Assembly: GCA_046754125.1 (NCBI GenBank)
Contig: JBHHVC010000001.1
Coordinates: 1-45,073, forward strand
Reading direction: 5' to 3'
Length of the DNA: 45,073 nt
From: Candidatus Zixiibacteriota bacterium
GTDB taxonomy: Bacteria; Zixibacteria; MSB-5A5; GN15; FEB-12
Shown one piece after another: positions 9,962 to 19,373 of this stretch. The notes beneath the pieces are model-generated. The model was not told the DNA's origin. It saw nothing but the letters and a program-made list of their open reading frames with translations, and did not search any database. Within the stretch, counting starts at the first letter, position 1. Every line of letters begins with the position of its first letter. The translations under genes were made by a program, and so were the position numbers.

Positions 9962-10257
9962 TGAGCACCAAAAAGATGAAGAACATTCGGGGGCGTATCG
10001 ACGAAGTCGACACCCGATTGCTCTATCTTTTCAACCAGCGTGCTGAACTGGTGCTTGAAATGGCTCGTGCCAAAGTTTCGGAGGGTCGGAAACTGTATGA
10101 CCCAAAGCGCGAGCGTGATATTTTTGTCCGGATCACGGAGAAAAACCCCGGACCGCTGGCCCCCGAAGCGATTGTCCGTCTGTTTGAACGTATCATCGAC
10201 GAGTCGCGGCGATTGGAACGCACCGAGGTGTACGACAAAGCCCCGAAGAAATCTTGA
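9961..10257 (+). CDS. Chorismate mutase, monofunctional AroQ class
   Basis: 98 aa. IRGRIDEVDTRLLYLFNQRAELVLEMARAK...YDPKRERDI...IIDESRRLE matches the helical CM_2 pattern. TGATG overlap with the trpA stop. Confidence 0.85.
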   Translation: MSTKKMKNIRGRIDEVDTRLLYLFNQRAELVLEMARAKVSEGRKLYDPKRERDIFVRITEKNPGPLAPEAIVRLFERIIDESRRLERTEVYDKAPKKS

Positions 10258-10267
10258 GGAATAGAGC

Positions 10268-11281
10268 ATGATAATTGTCATGGACGAGCAGGCGACCGAG
10301 AACCAGGTACAGGCTATCATTGAGCATCTGGTCGACCGGGGGTTTGATATCCATAGATCATCCGGCCGTATGCAGGTTGTTCTCGGCGTCGTCGGCGACA
10401 CCCATCTGATCGATCCGCGCGACTTCGAAGTGCACAAAGGCGTGCACGAGGTCATTCGTATCACCGAGCCATATAAACTTGTTGGCCGAACATTCCGGCG
10501 GGAAGACTCTAAAATCAAAGTTGGTGAGGCGACATTTGGCGGCAAGAAACTCTGTTTGATTTCCGGTCCTTGCGCTGTTGAATCCCGCACGCAGATTAGG
10601 AAGATAGCTCGTCTGGTACGCGAAACCGGTACCCTCCTGCTCCGGGGAGGCGCCTACAAGCCCCGTTCGTCCCCCTATTCCTTTCAGGGGCTTGGCGAGG
10701 AAGGCCTCAAATACTTGAGAGAGGCGGCTGACGAAAACGGTATGGCCGTTGTGTCCGAAGTCATGGACCGCGTGGACATTATCCCTGTCCTCAAGTATGT
10801 AGACATGATTCAGGTCGGTGCCCGCAATATGCAAAACTTCGCACTGCTCAAGGAGTTGGGAAAGGTACAAAAGCCAATCTTACTCAAACGGGGTATGTCC
10901 GCAACTATCAAAGAACTCTTGATGGCTGCAGAATACATCATGGCCGGGGGAAATCATCAGGTCGTCTTATGCGAGCGGGGTATACGGACATTTGAAAATT
11001 ACACCCGTAACACCCTCGACATCTCAGCCATTCCGATCCTGAAAAAACTATCCCACCTGCCTGTTATAGCCGACCCTTCCCATGGAACCGGCATACGCGA
11101 CAAAGTCGCACCAATGGCACGGGCTGCCATAGCAGCAGGGGCCGATGGGCTTATCATCGAGTCCCACTACGATCCGGATTCTGCCCTTTCCGACGGCGCC
11201 CAGACTTTGTATATGGAGCAGTACGAAAAGCTGGTCGCCGAGCTCAGAATAATCGCGACTGCCGTCGACCGCACTTTATGA
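10268..11281 (+). CDS. aroF: 3-deoxy-7-phosphoheptulonate (DAHP) synthase, type I-beta, with an N-terminal ferredoxin-like/ACT-like regulatory domain (paralogue 1)
   Basis: 337 aa. Core motifs [50 protein letters not shown] and ADPSHGTG. About 70 aa N-terminal extension ([21 protein letters not shown]), as in Thermotoga-type enzymes. GAGGAA SD upstream. Confidence 0.9.
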   Translation: MIIVMDEQATENQVQAIIEHLVDRGFDIHRSSGRMQVVLGVVGDTHLIDPRDFEVHKGVHEVIRITEPYKLVGRTFRREDSKIKVGEATFGGKKLCLISGPCAVESRTQIRKIARLVRETGTLLLRGGAYKPRSSPYSFQGLGEEGLKYLREAADENGMAVVSEVMDRVDIIPVLKYVDMIQVGARNMQNFALLKELGKVQKPILLKRGMSATIKELLMAAEYIMAGGNHQVVLCERGIRTFENYTRNTLDISAIPILKKLSHLPVIADPSHGTGIRDKVAPMARAAIAAGADGLIIESHYDPDSALSDGAQTLYMEQYEKLVAELRIIATAVDRTL

Positions 11282-11287
11282 GTTGAT

Positions 11288-11332
11288 CCCGTCTTCCATT
11301 CATAATACATTAATCAATTCGGAACAGACGGG
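11288..11332. other. Long stem-loop in the 103-bp aroF-argS spacer: GC stem with an AT-rich 23-nt loop
   Basis: CCCGTCT (11288-11294) pairs with AGACGGG (11326-11332). Extended by TCC/GGA across a 2-nt bulge. Loop is ATTCATAATACATTAATCAATTC. No trailing T-run. Confidence 0.5.
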
Positions 11333-11384
11333 CCTCTGAGCGACTCAGACCAACTTAGTCAACCTGATCTGTTCGGAGACAATA

Positions 11385-13202
11385 ATGATGGAAAAAGACA
11401 AATACAAACTCCAGTTTGCATCTGTTGTGTCGCAGGCATTTCGCGACCTTTTTTCGGATGCGTATAAGACAACCGGCGATAATCAGGTATTTGACCGGGA
11501 GTACGTCTACGAGCATCTGGACAAACCCAAAGATCCGGCTCTGGCACGATTTGCCTTCCCCGTATTTCGTTTTGGAAAACTGCTTGGAGACAAGCCTCCC
11601 AGCATCGCGGCCAGAGTCGCGGAGCACTGCAGCAAGCTTTTGAAGTCTGATCGAAACGGCGGACCATTGGTAACCGTCAGTTCGGCCAGCGGATTCCTGA
11701 ATGCCACCATTGATTCCAGGACGCTAGCCAGTGAAACACTCAGTCAAATCCTTTCATCAGAATCCGCCTACGCAGACTCCAATGTAGGCCAGGGCAGGAA
11801 AGTGCTGGTAGAATACTCCTCCGTGAACATTGCCAAGCCGTTTGGTATCGCACATCTGCGAACTACCATTCTTGGTAACTCGTTACGTCGTATCTTCAAG
11901 AAACTCGGATACGACGTTGTGGGAATCAACTTCATCGGCGACTGGGGAACGCAGTTTGGCAAGATGATTGTGGCCTACAAAAAATGGGGCGAGGGCGTTG
12001 ATCTCGACCAAAACCCGGTTGAACAACTCTACCGCCTCTACGTGCGGTTTCACGAGGAAGCCAAGTCAGACACCTCGCTCGATGACGAAGCACGCCGACA
12101 ATTCAAATTGCTCGAAGATGGCGATCAGGAAGCGGTCGATCTGTGGAGCCGATTCAGGGACTTGTCCCTACGCGAATTTGAAGCAATATATCAGCGACTT
12201 GGGATCGATTTCGATGTCATAACCGGTGAATCGACCCTCAACGACAAGATGGAGTCAGTAATTGAGCGATTCAGATCGGCCGGGCTGACCTCGATATCGG
12301 ATGGCGCCCTCATTGTCGAATTGCACGACGATCGCCTGCCCCCCTGCCTGCTACGAAAGGCGGATGGAGCCACCCTCTACGCAACTCGCGATCTGGCCGG
12401 TCTTGTTCACCGGTGGGAAGAATATCGCTTCCATGAATCCCTGTACGTCGTCGCGGTCTCGCAATCAGATCATTTTGCACAGGCCTTCAAAGCCATGCAG
12501 CTACTCGAGGAAGCGGAACAACTCCCTCCGGACAAACGCATGACCGGCCGAGTCAGGCACGTCGATTTTGGCTGGGTCAAGTTTGGCGACAAGGGGATGT
12601 CAACCCGTGCGGGAACAATCATTTTTCTTGAAGACGTCCTCAATAAGGCGACCGATCTTGCCCGCACAATCATTGTCGATAAGAATCCGGATCTCAAAGA
12701 GATCGATCGGACGGCCGAGATGATTGGAGTTGGTGCCGTACTGTTTTCACAAATGTCGGTCCGGCGCCAAAAAGATGTCAATTTCGTCTGGGAGCAAGTT
12801 CTCAGTTTCGAGGGCGAAACCGGCCCATATTTGCAGTACACTCATGCTCGCCTCTGCTCACTCTTGCGCAATTATGGCCGTGAAATCTCTTCCGAAATAG
12901 ATGCCGACTTGCTTGATGGCTCCGAGGAGAAGAGGCTGATTGAGCACCTGGCCGATTTCTCTGCTGCCGTTGTCGACGCCGGCAGGTTATACGACCCCAA
13001 CCTCATTACGACATATCTCCTGCGTTTAGCCTCCGGGTTCAACAAGCTGTACCAACGTAAAGACGATAACGGTCGCATTGACCGCATCATTTCCGAAGAT
13101 GCTAAACTTACTGCCGCCCGCATTGCGCTTGTGAAATCTGTGCAAATCGTACTACGAGAAGGACTGCGTCTGCTCGCCATCGAGGCGCCGCAGGAAATGT
13201 AA
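11385..13202 (+). CDS. argS: Arginine--tRNA ligase
   Basis: 605 aa. SSVNIAKPFGIAHLRTTILGN (HIGH region), ADGATLYATRDLA and C-terminal anticodon-binding (DALR-type) region YLQYTHARLCS. GGAGA SD 5 nt upstream. Confidence 0.95.
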   Translation: MMEKDKYKLQFASVVSQAFRDLFSDAYKTTGDNQVFDREYVYEHLDKPKDPALARFAFPVFRFGKLLGDKPPSIAARVAEHCSKLLKSDRNGGPLVTVSSASGFLNATIDSRTLASETLSQILSSESAYADSNVGQGRKVLVEYSSVNIAKPFGIAHLRTTILGNSLRRIFKKLGYDVVGINFIGDWGTQFGKMIVAYKKWGEGVDLDQNPVEQLYRLYVRFHEEAKSDTSLDDEARRQFKLLEDGDQEAVDLWSRFRDLSLREFEAIYQRLGIDFDVITGESTLNDKMESVIERFRSAGLTSISDGALIVELHDDRLPPCLLRKADGATLYATRDLAGLVHRWEEYRFHESLYVVAVSQSDHFAQAFKAMQLLEEAEQLPPDKRMTGRVRHVDFGWVKFGDKGMSTRAGTIIFLEDVLNKATDLARTIIVDKNPDLKEIDRTAEMIGVGAVLFSQMSVRRQKDVNFVWEQVLSFEGETGPYLQYTHARLCSLLRNYGREISSEIDADLLDGSEEKRLIEHLADFSAAVVDAGRLYDPNLITTYLLRLASGFNKLYQRKDDNGRIDRIISEDAKLTAARIALVKSVQIVLREGLRLLAIEAPQEM

Positions 13203-13203
13203 C

Positions 13204-14049
13204 ATGCCGGGGAATAAGCGAACAACAATTGCAATCTGCGGTTTTGGACTGATTGGTGGCAGTATGGCTTTGGACCTGCAACGTTCTCGCCGCAGCACCG
13301 CCATCTACGCCTGGGATAAACCCTCCGTTCTTGCACGTCTCAAACACGATAAGCGATTCCGCATCAAGAGCGAGCGTACATTTGCCGCAACAGTTGCAGG
13401 GCGGGACATCATTATTCTCTCGGCCAGCCACCGAGCCAACGAGATGCTCCTGAGGCGACTCGCTCGAATGAAAACTGTCGACAACGCCCTGATTCTGGAT
13501 ACGGGAGCTGTCAAACAGCCGATTGTACGAGTGGCAAACATGCTTAACTTGCACGGGAGCACACAATTTCTGCCCTCGCACCCGATGGCCGGACGAGAAA
13601 AAAAGGGATTCGCCAGTGCCGCAAAAGGGCTCTTTGCAGAACATGCCTGGTGCTTCGACGATCAAGTCACGCTAAACAACGTAAATAAGGCCAGACTTGA
13701 CTGGCTCGTTCGGTCTCTGAAGGCAACCCCTTTTGAGGTTGACGCCGCGCAGCACGACGAGATAATGGCCGAGATTTCCCACTTGCCGCAACTGGTGTCC
13801 ACTCTTCTCGGAGCACAGGTCAACGCGAATCTGATACCTCTCGCAGGACCGGGACTGAAATCAATGTTGAGACTGGCCGGATCACCATGGGAGGTCTGGT
13901 CGGAAATCGTTGCGGAGAATCGACAGGAAATCGTACAGTCATTGCGGCTCTTTGAGCGCAACCTGCGCCATGTTACAAAACTGATAGAAAATGAGCAGTC
14001 ACTCAGCGACATTTTCGCGGCTGCAGCCAGGAGTTATCGATGCTTATAG
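13204..14049 (+). CDS. tyrA: Prephenate (or arogenate) dehydrogenase
   Basis: 281 aa. Rossmann [22 protein letters not shown] and ISHLPQLVS motifs of the TyrA family. Confidence 0.85.
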   Translation: MPGNKRTTIAICGFGLIGGSMALDLQRSRRSTAIYAWDKPSVLARLKHDKRFRIKSERTFAATVAGRDIIILSASHRANEMLLRRLARMKTVDNALILDTGAVKQPIVRVANMLNLHGSTQFLPSHPMAGREKKGFASAAKGLFAEHAWCFDDQVTLNNVNKARLDWLVRSLKATPFEVDAAQHDEIMAEISHLPQLVSTLLGAQVNANLIPLAGPGLKSMLRLAGSPWEVWSEIVAENRQEIVQSLRLFERNLRHVTKLIENEQSLSDIFAAAARSYRCL

Positions 14050-15056
14050 TGATGGAGACCAGGGCCACTGAAAAAATGGTGACTAAGGTCTGTGCCGAGA
14101 TCAAACAAATGGGACTTACCGCTCACCCCATGCCGGGAGCGCAGCGTACAGCCATCGGAGTTACCGGCAACAAGGCACAGGTGGATGCCGATCGCATTCT
14201 CGCCCAGCCCGGCGTTCGTGAGATCATACACGTCACCAAACCATACAAGCTGGTCAGTAGGGAGTTCACCGCCGAGAACAGTATTATCGATGTCGATGGC
14301 GTCAAGTTTGGCGGCGATGAGTTTGTTGTTACAGCCGGACCCTGCTCGGTCGAGAGCCTTGAACAATGTATGACCATCGCTGAACAGGTAGCAAAGCACG
14401 GAGCCAAAGTGTTTCGCGGCGGTGCCTACAAGCCGCGCACCTCTCCCTACGCATTTCAGGGGTTGCACGAGGAAGGCCTCAAAATCCTTGCGCAAGTGCG
14501 TGAACGATTCGGGTTGCGGATTGTCACCGAAGCCATTGACACCGAAACTATCGATCTTGTTGCCGAGTACACCGACATCATCCAGATCGGCGCTCGCAAC
14601 ATGCAAAACTATTCACTGCTGCGAAAGGCCGGAAAAACCGACAGGGCGATCCTGCTCAAGAGGGGAATGTCGGCGACTCTTGAAGAGCTCCTCATGGCAG
14701 CCGAGTACATTATGGCCGAGGGAAACCGCCGCGTTATTTTGTGTGAACGAGGCGTGCGGACTTTTGCCGACCACACTCGCAACACCCTCGATCTGTCGGC
14801 CATACCGTACGTCAAGCGCATGAGCCATCTACCCATTATCTCCGATCCGTCGCATGGAACAGGTCGCCGCGACAAAGTAATCCCGTTGTCACGCGCTTCC
14901 ATTGCTGTTGGTGCCGATGGTTTGATTGTCGAAGTGCACAACGACCCCGCCAACGCGCTCTCCGATGGACCCCAGTCGATCACTCCAGATATGTTTGCAC
15001 AACTAATGCAGGAGATTCGCTCGCTCGCTCCTGCTGTTAACAGGACTTGTCCGTGA
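14040..15056 (+). CDS. aroF: 3-deoxy-7-phosphoheptulonate (DAHP) synthase, type I-beta, with an N-terminal regulatory domain (paralogue 2)
   Basis: 338 aa, colinear with 10268-11281: [50 protein letters not shown] and SDPSHGTG. The N-terminal approx 70 aa diverge from paralogue 1. Confidence 0.9.
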   Translation: MLIVMETRATEKMVTKVCAEIKQMGLTAHPMPGAQRTAIGVTGNKAQVDADRILAQPGVREIIHVTKPYKLVSREFTAENSIIDVDGVKFGGDEFVVTAGPCSVESLEQCMTIAEQVAKHGAKVFRGGAYKPRTSPYAFQGLHEEGLKILAQVRERFGLRIVTEAIDTETIDLVAEYTDIIQIGARNMQNYSLLRKAGKTDRAILLKRGMSATLEELLMAAEYIMAEGNRRVILCERGVRTFADHTRNTLDLSAIPYVKRMSHLPIISDPSHGTGRRDKVIPLSRASIAVGADGLIVEVHNDPANALSDGPQSITPDMFAQLMQEIRSLAPAVNRTCP

Positions 15057-16396
15057 CCACAGCACTCTCGCCGATCAGGAGAGTGGGCGGCTCCGTCCGT
15101 GTACCCGGAGACAAGTCAATAGCACATCGCGCCGCCCTCTTGTCCATCCTGTCAAAGGGAGAAATCCGCGTCTCGAACTATCCCGATGGTCAGGATTGCC
15201 TGGCCTCGCTGAAGGCGGCCCAGACACTCGGCGTGGCTGTCAAACAGGATGATAATTCGATCCTCCTGACCCCTCCCGGTCACCAGGTCATAGACCCCGA
15301 CTGCGTCGTCGATTGCCAGAACTCCGGTACCACAGCCCGACTACTGGCAGGTATTGCGGCCGGATCGAACATGGAATTGACCCTAGTGGGAGATGAGTCG
15401 CTGAGCAACCGACCGATGAAGCGAATCATTGATCCTCTAACCGAGATGGGCGCCCAGTTGTTTGCTGATGATGCTCATCTGCCTATACGTGTTCGAGGCA
15501 CCAAATTGCTGCCCTTTGAGTACACTTTGCCGGTGGCATCGGCGCAGGTCAAGTCGGCCATACTTCTGGCCGGGCTGGCATCCTCCTGTTCGGTATCCCT
15601 TCGCGAAGAGACTGTAACCCGCGATCACACTGAACGAATGATTGCCGCTATTGGCTCTGGCCTCTCGGTACGGGAAATAAAGCCGCAGTTTGTCACCGAT
15701 CCCAACGATCCCCGCAAGAAGAAGCTCGAGATGCCCGAATCATTCAAGGTGGAAATCACCGTCTCCCCACAGGCTGCAATAGAAGGTGGGGAAATCGACA
15801 TCCCGGGTGATATGTCCACAGCCGCTTTCTTCTTTGCGACTGCAGCCATCTCTGGAAAGCCGGTGACTGTTGAACAGGTTGGTCTGAACCCGACCCGCAC
15901 CGCCTTCCTCGAATATCTTAAACTGATTGGATGCAAGGTTGAGATTAGCGGTCGGCACACTGTCAGCGATGAGCCAAGGGGAGACGTTACAGTCTCAGGC
16001 CGAGGTGATCGATCCAGAAAGATAGCCGGCGAAAAAACCGTCGGCCTGATAGACGAAATCCCTATAATCTCCATCATCGCCGCCTTCGCCAACGGAACAA
16101 CGGTTATTCGCGACGCTTCCGAACTAAAAGTGAAAGAATCAAACCGCCTGGAAGCAATTGCCGACAACCTGGAACGGATGGGTGTGAAGTGCGGGCGGCT
16201 CGATGATGGCCTGGCTATAGAAGGTAATCCGGAACCGGCGGGTGCCGACTTCATTTCCTATGGCGACCACCGCATTGCGATGGCATGCACGATTGCTTCA
16301 CTGTTTGCTGCCGGACCGTCAACACTCGACGACGATTCCTGTATCGCCGTGTCCTGTCCGGGGTTTTTCAACTTGCTCAGGCGGATAGCGCAATGA
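15047..16396 (+). CDS. aroA: 3-phosphoshikimate 1-carboxyvinyltransferase (EPSP synthase)
   Basis: [35 protein letters not shown] and RVKESNRL-like ([11 protein letters not shown]) motifs. Start is TTG 15047 or GTG 15053 (GTGA overlap with the aroF stop). Confidence 0.95.
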   Translation: MSVTTALSPIRRVGGSVRVPGDKSIAHRAALLSILSKGEIRVSNYPDGQDCLASLKAAQTLGVAVKQDDNSILLTPPGHQVIDPDCVVDCQNSGTTARLLAGIAAGSNMELTLVGDESLSNRPMKRIIDPLTEMGAQLFADDAHLPIRVRGTKLLPFEYTLPVASAQVKSAILLAGLASSCSVSLREETVTRDHTERMIAAIGSGLSVREIKPQFVTDPNDPRKKKLEMPESFKVEITVSPQAAIEGGEIDIPGDMSTAAFFFATAAISGKPVTVEQVGLNPTRTAFLEYLKLIGCKVEISGRHTVSDEPRGDVTVSGRGDRSRKIAGEKTVGLIDEIPIISIIAAFANGTTVIRDASELKVKESNRLEAIADNLERMGVKCGRLDDGLAIEGNPEPAGADFISYGDHRIAMACTIASLFAAGPSTLDDDSCIAVSCPGFFNLLRRIAQ

Positions 16397-17244
16397 GTAG
16401 CAGCTTCAGATTTGGCCTTATCGGTAAGAACATTTCCTATTCCAAATCACCCGATATCTTTCAGACGATCTTCAAATTGACCGGCTGCGAAGGCAGTTTC
16501 GAAAACCTCAACCTCGACGGTCCACAGTTTCCGCAGCAATTAAAGCAGTTGGTCGATGACGGCTACCAGGGCCTGTCTGTCACCATTCCATACAAGCGGC
16601 TAGTCATCCCGCATCTGAATGCCGTCGATACTATTGCATCCGCGCTTGAGGCCGTCAACTCGATTGCCATCACACCCGATGGCCTGCATGGATTCAACAC
16701 AGACTGCTACGGGTTCGCGGTTCCATTGCACGAATATGCCGAACTGCTCAAACATGGCGACGCGCTTATCATCGGCTGCGGCGGTGGCGCCAAGGCTGTC
16801 GTCTACACGTTATACACAGATTTTGAAATCTCCCGATTCCGGGTGGTGGGGCGATCAGCAAGCCGCCTGAACGAATTCAAAGAGTCACTTGTCGGGCAGG
16901 TCAGCCGTATTGACCTCCAGACCAATTCAATAGACAGTCTGCAGCAGCAACCTGATCGGTCATACGCTATCACTGTCAACTGTACTCCCCTCGGTGGATG
17001 GAACCGTCCCGATGAGTCTCCGCTGCCGGAGAGTTTCAACTGGAAACAAACAAAGGTATACTACGATCTAAACTATAACACCAACAATCGAGCTATCCGC
17101 TCGGCGCAAAACGCTGGTGTTCGGGCAATCGACGGATCATCCATGCTGGTTGGGCAGGCCATCAGATCGTTTACGCTCTGGACGGGAAGGAAGGTCGATT
17201 TCGATCCTATATATCTACAAGTGTTCGGAAACGGAAGCGGCTGA
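16393..17244 (+). CDS. aroE: Shikimate dehydrogenase
   Basis: FGLIGKNISYSKSPDIF, LSVTIPYK, NTDCYGF and GCGGGAKA motifs. Start ATG 16393 (ATGA overlap with aroA), not the ORF-track 16285. Confidence 0.9.
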   Translation: MSSSFRFGLIGKNISYSKSPDIFQTIFKLTGCEGSFENLNLDGPQFPQQLKQLVDDGYQGLSVTIPYKRLVIPHLNAVDTIASALEAVNSIAITPDGLHGFNTDCYGFAVPLHEYAELLKHGDALIIGCGGGAKAVVYTLYTDFEISRFRVVGRSASRLNEFKESLVGQVSRIDLQTNSIDSLQQQPDRSYAITVNCTPLGGWNRPDESPLPESFNWKQTKVYYDLNYNTNNRAIRSAQNAGVRAIDGSSMLVGQAIRSFTLWTGRKVDFDPIYLQVFGNGSG

Positions 17245-17253
17245 GGTCCTGCC

Positions 17254-17838
17254 ATGTCCGTTAGTCAAATGCCAAACGACTGGCCACTTGTCTATCTTGT
17301 CGGATTCTCCGGAAGCGGCAAGTCCACTGTCGGACCTCTGCTGGCCCGGCGATTGCACGCCGATCTGTACGATATAGACCAGCTTGTAGAAAAGCGCGTA
17401 GGAATGCCAATTGTTGGTATCTTTGACCAACACGGCGAGCGTTACTTTCGAAAGTGCGAGAAAAAAACAATCGCTGAACTGATAAGTAGCATCAAATCTC
17501 CAGCCGTAGTTGTGCTGGGAGGAGGGGCCTTGCAGCATGCCAGCGTTCGTAAGCTGACAAGCGCGACAGGAATCGTCGTCTATTTACGCTGTGCTCTGCC
17601 AGAGCTCTTCAGGCGGCTCAAAACAGCAACGGATCGACCGCTGCTGAGTGTTCCCTCTCGCTCCGCACTGTCAAACCCCGGATCGCGCCGTCAACGAATG
17701 GCAGAACTGATGCGCAAGCGGCGCAGCAATTATGAGCGAGCCGACATCATATGCTCCACCACCAGTCTGACCCCCGCTCAAGCAGCCCGTCGCATTGAAA
17801 CTCAGGTAAGGAACTACTGTGCCAACAATTCGCGTTAA
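17254..17838 (+). CDS. aroK: Shikimate kinase
   Basis: 194 aa. P-loop GFSGSGKSTVG, FRKCEKK (E-x-E-like) and VVLGGGA motifs. Confidence 0.9.
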   Translation: MSVSQMPNDWPLVYLVGFSGSGKSTVGPLLARRLHADLYDIDQLVEKRVGMPIVGIFDQHGERYFRKCEKKTIAELISSIKSPAVVVLGGGALQHASVRKLTSATGIVVYLRCALPELFRRLKTATDRPLLSVPSRSALSNPGSRRQRMAELMRKRRSNYERADIICSTTSLTPAQAARRIETQVRNYCANNSR

Positions 17839-18919
17839 ACTGGGTTCACGGAGCTATCCGATAGTGGTCGGATCAGCTATCGAGGCGCGGCTGGGACAGC
17901 TCGTAAAACGCGCCCTGCGCTCTAACCGACTATTCGTCTGCTATGATGCCGGATTCTACGCATTGCATGGTGACCACGTGCAATCAATTCTGAAGCCGAC
18001 CGTTACAAGTATATTCGAACTGGTGATTCCCGGCGAGGAACGATCCAAATCACCCGCCACGCTCCAGAAAATATATCAATTCTTGCTCGATCACAGGATC
18101 GCTCGATCCGATTTCATTCTGGCTTGTGGTGGTGGGGTTCTGTCCGACCTGAGCGGCTTCGCCGCCGCAACTATCCTGCGAGGCATCCAATGGGCAGTCG
18201 TCCCGACAACTCTCCTCGGAATGGTCGATGCCGCTATCGGCGGGAAAACGGGCATCAACCACCGCACGGGAAAGAACCTCGTTGGCGCCTTCTGGCAGCC
18301 TTCATTCGTTTTGTGCGACTGTCATTGGTTGCAGACTTTGCCTGCCCGCCAACTGGTCTCTGGTTTGGGGGAGGTGCTAAAGTATGCGGGGCTTGTTGGA
18401 TCACCTGCGATGGAACAGCTCCAACGCTACCTGTCATTCAACGATATGTATCATTTACCCGGTCTGGTCCGCCTGGTAGGTTTGTCAGCACGCTACAAGG
18501 CCAGCATAGTTACTCGCGACGAGCGTGAAGGAAGACTCCGAATGCTCCTCAATCTCGGACACACCATCGGTCACGGGATTGAACATGCTACCGGATACGG
18601 TCGGCTCCTGCACGGCGAATCAGTCATCCTTGGATTGCACACTGCAATTGTGTTGAGCTCTCGATTGAATCCTGCTCGTACACGTCGTCTGGCCGAATAC
18701 CGCAGACTAGCCGAGCAGTGCATGACCTTGCTACCCAAACGTAAGATCGGGCAGGAAAAGATCATGAATGCGATCAAGCTAGATAAAAAGCGCTCAAGCA
18801 GCGGCAACACTTTTATCTTGCTCGATGCTCCCGGAAAACCGCTGATTGTCGATAGTATTAGCATGAATCAGGTCCGGAAAGCGCTTGCCGAAACGCTTTC
18901 GACTTATCAAGATTGCTGA
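17819..18919 (+). CDS. aroB: 3-dehydroquinate synthase
   Basis: 366 aa. ACGGGVLSDLSGFAAA, VPTTLLGMVDAAIGGKTGIN, KNLVGAFWQP, LNLGHTIGHGIE and HGESV motifs. GTG start overlaps the aroK end. Confidence 0.95.
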   Translation: MPTIRVKLGSRSYPIVVGSAIEARLGQLVKRALRSNRLFVCYDAGFYALHGDHVQSILKPTVTSIFELVIPGEERSKSPATLQKIYQFLLDHRIARSDFILACGGGVLSDLSGFAAATILRGIQWAVVPTTLLGMVDAAIGGKTGINHRTGKNLVGAFWQPSFVLCDCHWLQTLPARQLVSGLGEVLKYAGLVGSPAMEQLQRYLSFNDMYHLPGLVRLVGLSARYKASIVTRDEREGRLRMLLNLGHTIGHGIEHATGYGRLLHGESVILGLHTAIVLSSRLNPARTRRLAEYRRLAEQCMTLLPKRKIGQEKIMNAIKLDKKRSSSGNTFILLDAPGKPLIVDSISMNQVRKALAETLSTYQDC

Positions 18920-18926
18920 GGGAATA

Positions 18927-19373
18927 ATGCATCACATTCTGGTTGTAAACGGCCCAAATCTAAACCTGCTGGGAAGCCGCGAAGTTGAAATCTACGGCGC
19001 CGAGACTCTCGAAACTCTGAACGAAAGACTTGGTAAGCTGGCCGAGCAGTTGAAACTTCGGCTAAGCTCCTTTCAATCCAATTCCGAGGGCGAGTTGATC
19101 GACTTTCTGCATCGGGAAGGACCCGAAGCCGATGGCCTGATCATAAACCCGGGTGCCCTAACGCATTACAGCTACTCGCTGCGCGATGCCATTGCTGCAA
19201 TTGACATTGACGCCGTTGAAGTTCATCTTTCCAATGTTTACGCTCGAGAGAAGTTTCGCCGGCACTCAGTAATAGCGCCTGTGTGCACTGGTCACATTGT
19301 CGGGTTTGGCTACTACGGTTATGCTATGGCTTTGTCATATTTTGCCGATGTAGATGTAGAGGATGATGAATAA
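18927..19373 (+). CDS. aroQ: Type II 3-dehydroquinate dehydratase
   Basis: MHHILVVNGPNLNLLGSREVEIYG, QSNSEGELID, INPGALTHYS and VEVHLSNV motifs. Start ATG 18927. Confidence 0.95.
   Translation: MHHILVVNGPNLNLLGSREVEIYGAETLETLNERLGKLAEQLKLRLSSFQSNSEGELIDFLHREGPEADGLIINPGALTHYSYSLRDAIAAIDIDAVEVHLSNVYAREKFRRHSVIAPVCTGHIVGFGYYGYAMALSYFADVDVEDDE

Noticed and set aside
9748-10590. 280-aa minus-strand ORF antisense to trpA, chorismate mutase and DAHP synthase
   Set aside because: It lies entirely within strongly supported plus-strand genes. It has Arg/Ser/Thr-rich shadow-frame composition and no recognisable motifs.
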